Assembly (NCBI GenBank): GCA_964199315.1
Contig: OZ116700.1
Location: 34,596,001-34,660,000, forward strand
From: Orbicella franksi
Lineage: Eukaryota
Length of the DNA stretch: 64,000 nt
Direction of reading: 5' to 3'
In this document: positions 51,542-62,200 of the stretch, piece by piece
Layout: each line of letters opens with the position of its first letter
How positions within the stretch are numbered: position 1 is the first letter of the stretch
The notes under the pieces: generated by a model
Told to the model about the DNA's origin: nothing
Seen by the model: the letters and a program-made list of their open reading frames with translations, nothing else
Databases searched by the model: none
Position numbers and translations under genes: made by a program

Positions 51542-52859
51542 ACAAAAAAGCGACAATTTACAGTATATTTAGCTATATTTACAGTTTAACTTGCACCTTT
51601 GCTCTGCTAGACAGAGTCTTTGTTGGCAGCCCATATTTTGGTGTAATATCTTGCTGTAGCTACTCATTTTTGTTGTTCTTTGATGAGGTGGAACTGTGAA
51701 AATCCTATGTGCTACTTTACTCGCATCCCACAGTCAATGACTAAATGATGCAGTGGACCTGAACTGCCCTTCCACAATTTTGTCAGAACACAAAGGACAA
51801 AAATCCTCCCACCAACCCCTTTACCACAGAAAGAACAGCCCACCTTCAATTTACCAACAATTTGTTAATAGATAAAGAACCCATCTTTGCTCCACTAGGA
51901 GCCTACAGGATTAAGTCAGCCATCTTTACTTTACCATTCTCCCACAACACCCCTCCCCCCTCCCTAACCTCCTCCCCACCTCCTCCCCATTTTGTAGTCT
52001 ACACAAGATAGCCCTTTTCCCATGGTCTCTCTATGGTAGGAGGGGGGTGGGGTGGGGAGGAAGAGAGACCATCAGAATGAGCTTCACTTGTACAAGATCA
52101 GAGTATTAGAAGAGAGAAGGGAGATAAAAAGAGAATATCTAGAATGACTCACCCTCCAAACAAGAAATCTCAGGAGTCCATTAAGTTCAGCTTCATATTT
52201 TGTTAGAACACCAACCTGCAACGAAAATCAGCAATTAAGTACAACTGAACTAAACATGAAATTATTAAGGCAGGCAAAAATGGGGATGATGGGGTGCTGG
52301 TTGAGGGGAGAGGGGTGAGGGGTGAGAGGTGGGGGGAGGGGATAAGTGGTGTTCCATTACCATTATTGAGAGCTATTTGTAAACATGCTAATCTGAGAGT
52401 CATTTAGGCTAACTGGAGTGCTCTTCAGGATACCCAGAATGCCACACAGGATCACCGGCTACCTCTCACTCCCGTCTTAGACTTGCCCTTCAGATTACTC
52501 GAGAGATCAATCAATGTGACTCTATTCCAACTGAGAAAGAGCTGATGGCATTACAAACTATATACTTGATACTTCTGTGGTTGTGTATAGAGACTTAAAA
52601 GTGAAAAAGCTGGCTACAAGCTTAACATATAAGCTTACTTGTACCTCGAAATACTGGAAAGCTTTGTTCAGTTGAGATCGCAGAAGATGGATAACTTCTT
52701 CATCAAGCTGAGCTGCATCCAGCTAAAAATAGAAAACAATTAACTCGGTTGTATAAAGTTTTGATCACGAGAGTAAGACTGTAACAATATTATATCCAGA
52801 TCTACCTGATTCACTCGCAACACTCTCTGTTGATCAGATTTTTCTGTTTCGTCCGCCAT
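43439..52859 (-). CDS. PEX2: Peroxisome biogenesis factor 2 (peroxin-2), 297 aa, nine exons
   Basis: Exons 52859-52806, 52722-52645, 52215-52153, 51102-51036, 46433-46309, 46010-45928, 45145-45028, 44441-44241, 43543-43439; all GT-AG, phases consistent, total 894 nt. Motifs VLRVNQLDA, ATVGQ..LN.KY, LNFLVFLQKGKYP, FEFMTRELLWHGFAEF..FLLPLIN and C3HC4 RING CGIC..CGHVFCYYC..CPLC. Confidence 0.95.
43744..44050 (+). mobile_element. tRNA-derived SINE with conserved central domain, PEX2 intron 8
   Basis: A/B-box-like head (ggcgcggtgggctcatggttagtg...ggttagagccc), central tgtgttcttaggcaagacactttactctcacagtgcctctct..gtataaatgg, (ttacc)-like tail. Confidence 0.8.
44544..44820 (+). mobile_element. tRNA-derived SINE (second family), PEX2 intron 7
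   Basis: Head ggcagtgtggccgagtggttagg...ggttcaagtccc (A and B boxes) followed by a non-tRNA body and AT-rich tail; 3' end approximate. Confidence 0.75.
45542..45771. mobile_element. MITE with about 55-bp imperfect TIRs, PEX2 intron 6
   Basis: attctcgtccccggaggctgtgctccttttggttagtaccaagaatc... pairs with ...gattcttggtgctgaccaaaagaagcgcagcctctggggacaaaaat. Confidence 0.8.
45800..45900 (-). mobile_element. Degraded fragment of the 43744-type SINE central domain
   Basis: Reverse complement contains gggcaagacacttttctttcactgtgtctctctccactcagtatcacaaatgg, similar to 43830-43885. Confidence 0.55.
46788..47096. repeat. Interspersed repeat, copy 2, with internal ~60-bp inverted arms
   Basis: Same family as 14495-14750; arms ~46917-46980 and ~47030-47095 are imperfect reverse complements; ends 13 bp before the Kolobok-like TIR. 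Confidence 0.8.
47393..49764 (-). mobile_element. Full-length piggyBac DNA transposon (2372 bp) in PEX2 intron 4
   Basis: Perfect 13-bp TIRs CCCTTTAAGCCCC (47393-47405) and GGGGCTTAAAGGG (49752-49764); TTAA TSDs at 47389-47392 and 49765-49768; encloses an intact transposase ORF. Confidence 0.97.
47868..49526 (-). CDS. piggyBac transposase, 552 aa, uninterrupted
   Basis: DDD triad contexts LSVDEAMVKFKG, FYDNFFST, MGGVDLHDQ; acidic N-terminus; C-terminal Cys-rich domain CKRC..CRMGCQHC..ICLECF..H. ATG at 49526 (the track starts at the preceding TTG). Confidence 0.96.
   Translation of the reverse strand: MAAASESEVEEDVFLGFDEEERETVAAWRQERFEARNQSDSESDISVSSVSTEDLSDFEEEEAEEETWNENSNPVEVSPFTEATGPTSGVAEDGTAIDFFYLMFPEELTEQIVAETNRHARECIATKPDREWYETTLDEMKAFIGLHVLFGIKRLPATHLYWSEDPLIGVPFVKKVMSRNRFDKLSKYFHLNNNANQAPREDPGHDKLFKVRPVLDRVVQCCKMELRPQKDLSVDEAMVKFKGRLGMRQYMPMKPVKRGIKVWVCAEASSGFVCDFQVYTGKRQDGAAEQNLGYRVVHDLTRSFTGKNHHVFYDNFFSTVKLAEDLLEDQIYSCATARANRKDFPKDLAANNPRIKRLKQGEALFRRKNNVVATTWKDKKVVHFISTESNPVGNETVNRKQRDGTVIQVPTVPVVKSYNKSMGGVDLHDQLRGYYAIGTKSRKWWRYLFWFCVDLSIVNAFILEKKAVNHRSRTQLTFRVELAKDLIGDFTSRGRTASSGQTEAGHWPIAFDKGRCKRCLKRKRTTFCRMGCQHCNKRICLECFPNHIGDLS
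51245..51624 (-). mobile_element. 5'-truncated non-LTR retro-insertion (348 bp) with 16-bp TSD, PEX2 intron 3
   Basis: AGACAGAGTCTTTGTT at 51245-51260 and 51609-51624; insert begins on + with a T-rich/(TTA)n tract, i.e. a poly(A) tail on the minus strand. Confidence 0.85.
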
Positions 52860-53053
52860 CTTGAATTGTCATTCTCGTTCCAGACTCTTTGGGCTTAGAC
52901 GAGACGAAGGAGGAACAGGTCTTACTAGGGACCAGGCGATCCCGATGACCAGAAAAGTACCAGTGAAGTCAAGAAGTTTTGGTCACATAATGTTTACTTT
53001 TTTTACATTTTTCTCCTGCAGTAGAATTTCAACCTGTCTCTCTTTCTCTCTTT

Positions 53054-53474
53054 TAGCCTCCAGCAGGAGTCGGCCTTTGCACCCGCCATCCGATATAGGG
53101 TTGCCGTGTAAAACCGCCATTCCATTCCTGGCTTTCGTTACCCATCATCGAACCTTAATAGTAATTACAGTTCCTTCGACTGATAGGCACAGCACATAAC
53201 CGAATGGAGAAATATATGGACGGCTCACTGCCTACGGTTCCTCCCCCACCCTGGGCTCGTCCCGGGTGTGACAGGGGAGGCTCTCGTGTTTGGGATGGGG
53301 GCGCGAGCTGGTGGCGCGAGCGTGGCCGCGAGAGACACACACGTAATTTCTAGCCCCCACCACTAATCCTCCCTTAACGTCGTTCTTAAACTCGGTTGCG
53401 CGCCAAAGCGAAAACCCAGAGACTAGTACTTGAGTCCGAAAAACCCAGACCGACTAGAGTCTGCTCGCAGGCTA
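53054..53474. mobile_element. GC-rich MITE-like element in the PEX2 upstream region
   Basis: Imperfect TIR tagcctccagcag ... ctgctcgcaggcta. Confidence 0.5.
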
Positions 53475-54505
53475 CACTGGGATCCGGCATGGGAACTGAT
53501 ATAAAGAGGGTTGACGGTCGAATAGTTGCATTTCTTGTTACAGAAAGTGGCTATTGCCCAATTTGATTCACGGGGCACGGATAACTTATCTTCCGAGTTG
53601 TGGTCTCTGATCGAGCAAGCTCTCTAGGAGTTTTTGTGGCTGCAAAGAGAACTTTGTCGAGGACTAACAGAGTTGTTCTTGAGTAGCCAGCTTACAAACG
53701 TTGTAAGCGGCAGGCAGGGCTAATTACTCAAGCCTTGTCATATTCTAGCTATATATAGTCCTGATGCCAGGTTCGATTTCTGACGCAATCTTTGACGACA
53801 ATGTAATACTAATTTGGACTGAATGTTGACATTTTCTTTTGTAGTTTTTCAATTCAAGTAAACTGAACTTTAATTTGCTTTACTAACCACCCACATCGTG
53901 CACACGACTTGCGATTACAACTATTGTTAATATCATACAAGCACAAAAATAAACACAGAAAAATTGGGTCACGTTCTTTCCTAGAAATTAAAGGCAGATT
54001 GATATACTATCGACTTAATGCAATTACCTGTATGTTGCATAAAACGGTTCAGATCTCGCGCTTTCTCCGTCAAAAGACCTCCCAAACTTTACATGCATGA
54101 ACATGGTGAATTACACATTCAAAAAGTTGCTGCAAACCCATGACTAAGTAGACAACTGGAGACACACTTTGCTACAGAGAACACATTTATAACCATCAAA
54201 TTGTTCGAGTATTTGCTTTCAGTCCGTTTGTGTGTTTAAACCGTCTGGCCTCCACAAAGAACCATCCTTTCGTATGCATGAGGAATCCAATTAAGTATTG
54301 TTCAGAGATGACCTTGTCGAAATACGCGTTCAATATTTCCCTGATTACAATAACTGCGCTAACAAACACATCGATGCCCCAACCAATCAAATCCCACGTC
54401 CATCGCGTCGCCTGTGTGGAGGATTAAAGGACTGTAAGATCATACTGCAGTGTGAGTTGAGGGAGTAACTTTTGCTAGGCTGGTAACCGACAAAGTTTGT
54501 TTGTT

Positions 54506-54622
54506 ATGGAAGACCCTCTGAGCTTTACACCTAAACATGAAGATGTAGACGGTGATGCGTTTAAAACAAGTGGATCTGAGGAGGACGACATCGGCTATCA
54601 CTCGATCGGGCGAAACATTAAG
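54506..54622 (+). CDS. Probable alternative first coding exon of rootletin (39 codons)
   Basis: MEDPLSFTPKHEDVDGDAFKTSGSEEDDIGYHSIGRNIK, then AAG/GTACGT donor, phase 0, compatible with the acceptor at 59528; acceptor ttttgctag at 54479 and an upstream donor after 54433. Confidence 0.55.
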
Positions 54623-57600
54623 GTACGTGTCGCATATTGAGCGATTTAAAAAGCTTGCTTGGCATAATTATTTAAAGCACTCTCGTGCAGCATCTAATTT
54701 GTCCCAAAAAATATCAAAGTTGTGTTGTGGTAGAGGTGATTAATCTAAAATTGGCAACTCGGTATCTGTCCGACTACTTTTGACCGAAGCAAACCCTGCC
54801 AAATCGATATTCCTGGACTGTCAACGGTTACATACAGTCGACGGGGTCGGCATTTGTCACTCAATAACTTTTCCCTGCAAAGAGTAAATCGTAAGCTCGC
54901 CTCAATATTTTGGAAAGACTGGCAGCCACGCCACTGTTGTTTTGGAAAATCAATCAGGAAAATGTTACGTCTCAATTCACGTATCGGGCAAAAAAGTATG
55001 CTCATTAGTATATTTTTTTCTTTGGTTAAACAAGAGGCGACGGCCTACGAAATGAAGTCTGATGGAAAGACCAGAACATTTTAACACTTAAAGCAGGTAC
55101 TTTTTGAACAGCAATTAATGCCTTCAAAGAGTAACCATTTTTTGGCAACTTTTTTCAGATTTCAGGTTACCGTGGATATAGCTGGTTGCTATGCTTACGA
55201 TGCTCAGATTTCTGATTTCCTTGTTAGCGAGTAACCTTTATATATTATTTATTTGCGATCATCGATTTTGCGCTGTTAATTTTTTGAGGTAAAACTTAAG
55301 AAGAGAACATTAGCGGATTAATAAAACTCGTCACGCTTCTGTTTACATTTCTCTGACTATCTCGTTAGGGTTTATTGCGACCACGGGAAGTAGTTAGCAC
55401 ATAGTTGACAGAAAAGTGTAAACCGCGTCTGATTATCCGCTAGCTTTGCATAACAAAAGAATTTCCAGATAACAGAATGTATTGCTCAAAAGCGAATTGG
55501 AAAACTCTGTTGTTTGAGTCTAGAAAGCGTATTAATGCATTTCTTGATCGTTCATATATGCATTCTAAGTTGTATTGCCGAGTTGATTTTATCACACGTG
55601 AGCTTTAAAACCCAGGCTTATTTTACACTGCAGTGACTTATTATTCCTTCAGAGAATGTTGTCCTTTAATTCACACGAAAACAAAAGAAGAAAATTCAAG
55701 AAATTTAGGCTAAACAAATTTCGTTTTTGTGCGATTACTGAATGTAGACAAGAAAATCTTCGATACTGGATACGTAAAATATAGTCTCCAACGACCTCCA
55801 ACTTCAAATGGTGATCGAGGGAAGTTAAAAATGTATAAATATATACACGCACCACTTGATTTGTTTTCGTGTGCTTTTCGTGTGTTTGTAAACCAAAACA
55901 CCTGGCCGCTCATGGCTCAATAGCATGAAATTTACTCCTCGGTAGTGATATTGAAATTCACGGTATGACTGTGGATTCGTTTAAGTTTCTTTTCTTTAGG
56001 ACTTAAATTTGTCCTGTATGAGAGCTTGTGCCATGGCTGGCGTTCTGGTTGATTTGTTTTTTCTTATAAATTATGTAGATCAGTTACAATATAGTAATGA
56101 GAGTGCTACAGTTCCCCGGTCGTTAAAGCTCTGAGAATAAACGTTGTCCTTGAATTTATTTGCACCAGCGAACATGAAAGGTCATCAGTTAGAAGCTGAA
56201 CGAACAGTCTTATGCAAAATTTTGCATAAATTTACTGAGATAAATATTATGAAATGCATGTCGATATAGATATTTAATTTCCTTCCTTGTCACCAATGGA
56301 AAAAAATATCAAATATACTGAATGATTTCGTGTAATCACCTACATTGATCATGTAAGAGAAAACTTCGCATCACTATAGGGTTCCTCGAGTTTCAAGGGT
56401 TTCTTTTTCTTCTTTCGAATTTTTGTATATTGCAAAGAAAAAGAAAACAAAAGCAAACAGACGCCAACTACACAGTTTTTTTTTTCCTGAGTCGTCGAGT
56501 GGAAAAAACAAACTTATTTTAGTGACTTCCAGCATGAGACTTGGAACTGAAAATTAGTTCAGTTTCAGGAGAATCATTTCTTTAGCACAGTTGCAGTTTT
56601 TTCAATTTGTAATACGTTGTAATATATAGTTGTTTCATGCTGGTAATTGATTAATTTCAACTCGAGATTAACGAAACGACCACACGGCTAGTACTACATG
56701 CTGGAAACAGGAATCTTTCGACAACTAACTCTAAAGAAAAAGTATCGCACAGGTCTTTTAGTGTTGGCCATGGACGGTTTTGAGAATTCAGGTTGAAATA
56801 TCACTATAATTCATCACATGCGGCGTTCACAGTGAGCTACTGTCATGTCAGAAAAACTGAAAATTTCGTATTTAATCTTTTTGTCTCCATTTACTTCTAT
56901 TTTGCACTTTTGATCTGTATATGTATATTTGCGTTAATTTAAATTGCAATTATCCAATTAGCATCGAGTTTAAATTGTGCGCGATTCGACTTGTTTCTTG
57001 CCTTTTTTAAAATTGGTTACACTTCGCCTAGATTGGTGAAAAAGGAGTTTTTTGCGTTCAAATGCCGGTCTATACAAGACCGAATGATATTTATGAGGGG
57101 GTTGTGAAATATTTTGATTTCAGTTTTTATTTCAGAAATTCCTTAAACTTGCTAAGAACACTACGTATGATTTAATCATCGAGAAGCAAATGCAAGCTGC
57201 ATTAATTCATCTCAAATCAGCCCTTGAAACAAGAACAGTAGGGTAAAATAACCGATAAATTTGTAGGAAGTGAAGATCATTTCACAGTTCAAGATTCCAA
57301 TAACCGGAAACCATGCATGGGCTCCTTTAAAAACTAATTACAGTCTTACTAGGTTATACAATCAAACGTTTACAGTACACTGTTCACTGTTGGCTTACCT
57401 CGCCAAGCTACAAAAGCTGACTCATGCAACAGACTCGGCGTTATATAGGCTTTACCCTAAGCTTCCTGTCTTTACCCTGAGCAAACAAAAATTTCGTTTG
57501 TGTATGCTCACGGTGTTAAATCTGACAGGATTTAATCAATGTTGAATGAGAATTGAGCCGTTTCCATAGAAATGCCTCCGGAGTGGCGTTACTTGCAGAA

Positions 57601-59294
57601 TTTTCGCCCTAAATGTGATTTTTACTTTTTGTTTTGAGGCAGTTTTGATCAGGTGCCTCGACACAAGGCAGGGAAAGAGGTATTTTCGATTTCTCATTCT
57701 GCCTGATCGGAGTTTTATCTCGATCGTTCCACCCATTTGTTGTCAAGTCTGCACAAGTAAGGCCGGGTAAGGATTTGATTGAAAATCTAGAGTAGGCCGA
57801 TTATGGTAATTTAAATCCGTCTCTTTCACTATGTTTGAACTTTTCAACGGAGGGAGATACAGTTTCCAAGTGCTGATAGCCGTAACATTATACGCTTCTC
57901 TCTTTCCGTTTTCTTTTTTTTTAGTTTCGCACATTCACATATGCATCGCTGACCATACAACTTAGTACTAATAAGGACAAGAAGTGTCTTTAATCTACCT
58001 GCCGTCGGCTTTAGCTGCCCCTTACAATTGTTTTTGAATTATTGTTAAAACTTTCTCTTTCTCTTTCGCTAAACAGCGGGTTTACACACATTCATGACAT
58101 TTTGATCCAGGTTACGAAACAAAAGTGCCAGAAATTTAAAAAAAACATTCAAATTTACAACAAAGCTGATTTCGTATCCGGAAAGTGTTACATGCTGCTC
58201 TCACTCAGCAATATCAATAGACATTTGAAGGGTTCTCCCGGACCCATATATCATTTCCTCGTAACATTCAATAAGGATTTTAAAGCACGTCTGGTGAATA
58301 TCATTTTACTTCTGAAACCTGGAGCATTTACGTTGAAAAGAACGCCGTGTAATTTACCTTCAAACAATTTGCGGTCATTTAATTGCCTGTTTGAAAAGAC
58401 ACAATACGATGGGTAGTATCTCAATTAATTCATTAATTGCTTCGGTGAATTAACAACTATAGTTCATTAGTTATTGATTGCAGTAATGCCGAACAAACAT
58501 GAAGAGGCTTGAAAGTGTATTAATTTTTTACTGTACCATTTTCTTCGAAATTCCAGGATATTTTTGTCGGGTTTCTTAGCTGAATATTAAAACATGTTTG
58601 ATGATTTCATAATGATGTAGCTTGTGCACACATTTTAACACTTATACTCGTTGTGGAGATTCTGGAATGCGGCGTCATTCAATTTAGTGTTGACAAGCTT
58701 CCCTTACGAATATGTAATCACTGTCGTATTTCTACCATTTTCCCGTTTTAGCGCGTATTTTTTGGCGATCTTCCAGTATCGTTGACCATTTTTTAAGCAA
58801 TGTTTTTAGATTCTTTGATTTTACTTTTTTCCTTATACAGAAACATTTCTGCGGGCTGATCTTCCATACAATAGATTTCCGCAATATTGACACTTCGCGT
58901 AATGTCCTTTCTGAAGGTGGCCCGAAACAATCACTCGTCCCGCTTCAGCATCGTGTTTCTATAGCAACTGCCACTGGCCGAGAGCGTGGCGTCGGTTTCG
59001 AAGGACTAGACCCAGCCGACCTTTTGCGGCGAATAGTTTACGTTGGCAGCGGCCAGTGAGAAAGACGGAAGGGTTTTGAACGAGGGTTTGACAGATTAGT
59101 TGACTTCAGTTTTGCTTTTCCGTTAGAGCTTGGCGGTTTCCCATCTTGTTGTAGAGTAGTTGTAGCAAAGCGCACCACAGGTTTCCACTTGTAATTCAAG
59201 TATCGTGAACACTGAGGCATCGAAGCGCGAAATTTCGGACGGTGGTCTTCGGCGAGTAATTTGCTACGTTTTGAACTTATTGTAATACGCGAGC

Positions 59295-62200
59295 ATGAGT
59301 TATTACGAAGGAAGAAGTTCAATTTTAGGTGGCTCGCCTGAGCCAGGTTTGAGCTCTGTTATTAAGGTAAGTTTAGAATTTAGCAGGGTGTTCTGGAAGA
59401 ATAACTTGTGTTCGAACGACTGATCTTGTGCTTTACTACAGTATACGAGCCAAGTTCAAACTGATATCCGTTATCATCATGGTGTGATTTGACCGTAATT
59501 CATAATAACTGGCTTTTTTCCCCGCAGAGGTTAGAAGACCAGCATTTGAACGGAGATCCTGGCGCTAAAAGTCCAACAGTTCCAACAAAGATTCGCGACA
59601 TTGTGACGAAATCCATTTCCCCAGTTGATTCCAAGATGGCGTCTCCGGGTTTCGGGGATGAATCGCGAATGCTACAATCCGAAGTAAGCCGTTTGGAAGA
59701 TTTACTCGCTGCAACGAGAGCAGAACGAGATGAAATTGGCTCCAAATACATGGCAGTCAGTGACAAGGTAAGAAAAACTTTTAATTGCGACATTTTCGTT
59801 GATTTTTACGTAGTCTTAATAATAGCTCAGTGTAAAGCTCAAATCACCTGCATGCTGAGCGTCACTTTCAATTCCTTCTTATCTACAACGCTTGTGGCGA
59901 CCAAAAATTAAAGTTTATTTTCTTTCACCGTAGATAGTTGAGATAAAGTCTTGAAAAACTGACTTCTCGCTTAAAGAAGCCGTGTTTGCAAAGGGTTTGG
60001 CCGTACGTGTGAAGTAGGAATTTATTGCTTGGTTCATTTCTGAAACTGGAGAAGTTAGTTCTTGAGCTTCCGTGTTGTTGCCTTTCCACTGTATACACAT
60101 GTCAGTTTTCGACCCCCTCTGTGAAAGCCCTTTCAGTTTTCAGTATTTTTAACTTTTGATATCACACTACCCAAAGACGCTAAAGTTTTGAATATTTTAG
60201 TTTGTTTACGTCTTTCTCCATTGTTACAACTTGACATGGAAATAAATATCATTTTGTCTTTGTGTTAATTGAGTTTAGTAAATTTGTTTTGTTTTATTTC
60301 GAATAAAAATCGAGGTGCAAGGTGCCTTTGGCGAGAAACTCCAGCATAGATAAAACAAAGCAACACCGATTGCCCTCTTACTAAAAGTGTGAGATGTATA
60401 ACTAGCTGAAACATTTCTGTCAACGAATGTGACACCTGAAAATCAACATCTAAATCTGCAACTCTATTAATCCATTAGGAACATTAAGCTGCCATCTCCG
60501 TGCATAATGTTTATTTTATACAGCGCTTTTTCAAGGTGATTAGTAATCCCAAGCTGGACTGCACAGCTTTTAATTAGCGGAGCAGTTAAGGTGATATTGT
60601 TACATGTTTCCTAGTAAACAGATGTGTTACATGTTGGTTTTAAAGAAAGAACTCTTGCCAATATTTCTGAAGTGCCATAAATTGGTTCAGTCGTAGAGTG
60701 AAATTAGAAAGAAAGAGAAATTTTGAAAACAGAATACAGGGAGTATTCTTGTGATGTCTTTTTGGACTTTTTTGTTACTGAGGTTGTTCTTAATTGATAT
60801 CTGCTTTAGCGGAAAAAGCAATTTGCTTGGCAATCAAATATTCATGAGGTATATTTTTAGGCGAATCTTTGCATGCTAAAATTAAGTTGTTAATGAGGCT
60901 CCCTAGATACAGCTCAGTTTGTGAAATTTATGAAATATTTGTCATGGATACCACATCTCAATTCAAAGAAATTATGGGACATGCAGATCTACATGTACTG
61001 TTCCTCAACAAGGCAAAATCTGAGGCTGGTGAATGTTGGTCTTGAAATTCTACAAAATTATTTCATGGGAAACTTTATTTCAAATTATTTCATTTCATAT
61101 GTAATCCATGCTCATTGTATGGATTTGGTCGTCATCTTTATTTTACCTGTGCTTGGCTGATACAAAATATACTGTCATGAAAGTTTAAGAAGGTAAAATG
61201 GACAGATTGTAATTGTCACTATACTTCAAACTTAAAAAAATATTATGTGGTATATAACTGAGTGTCAAAGAAATTTATTGCAACCAGTAATGAGAATTAT
61301 GTAATAAAGACTTAAAAAAGAAAGATAATCTGGAGGGGATACCAATTGCAGGCAATAACATATGAGCAGTAAAACTCAATGTCACTTTTACGAAAAGGAC
61401 AACCATCTCCCATATATAATTTAGCTAGTGTTTTTTATGTTATCCAATGTATTTTTGGCTTAATACCAAAAGTTTTAAGGTGCCAGGAAATTTAATTTAT
61501 ATAATGAAATTAACATACAAATTGAATGTAACAGCAGTAAATTAATTTAGGTGATGTTTTTATCTTAGGCAGCTTATAAGCTAGGTCTCACACCTCAAAG
61601 CTTTTGGTCTACCTCAAGGCTTTTCATTAGTCTAAACATTCACGGACTGGCTTTTGTTTCCATAGCCTCTGGTCACTGAACTAATGGAGACACACACTCC
61701 ACCCTGATGATCATGTAAATTGTGTTCTCTTTCAGTTGGAACATTACATGAAAGGGGGATCCAGCCCTGGAAGTGCAGGATATAGCAGTCTTGCTGCTGG
61801 CGACCAATCAGTGACAGACAGCAATCTTGTTCAGCAAGTCTCTTACCTCAAAAGCAAGCTTGAAGAGGAACATGCTAACTACAAGCGCAAACTTCAAGCT
61901 TATCAAGACGGACAGCAGAGACAGGCTCAGTTAATTCAGAAGTTGCAGCAGAAGGTGCTGCAATATAAACGCAAGTGTGGAGAGTTAGAGACATCTGTTA
62001 ATGAGTCAAAAACCTCAGAAGAGACTGTAAAGAAAAAGGTAAACTATTATAGATTTGAAAACATTTTATTCTGCAAGTGTTTAACGTCTTGCTGTGAGGC
62101 ACAGTGGCCTGGCATCTCTTAAATGTTTGACCTGATCTGGATTGAGAGATTAAGGTTTGAATTCTAACAGTTCCATAACTATAGCACATTTGTGCCTCCT

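Noticed and set aside
51401-51589. Poly-lysine ORF
   Set aside because: Translation of the A tract inside the retro-insertion.
54575-54635. Hammerhead motif CTGAGGA...GAAAC
   Set aside because: Stem II is poorly paired, stem I does not form, and the sequence is better explained as a coding exon with its donor.
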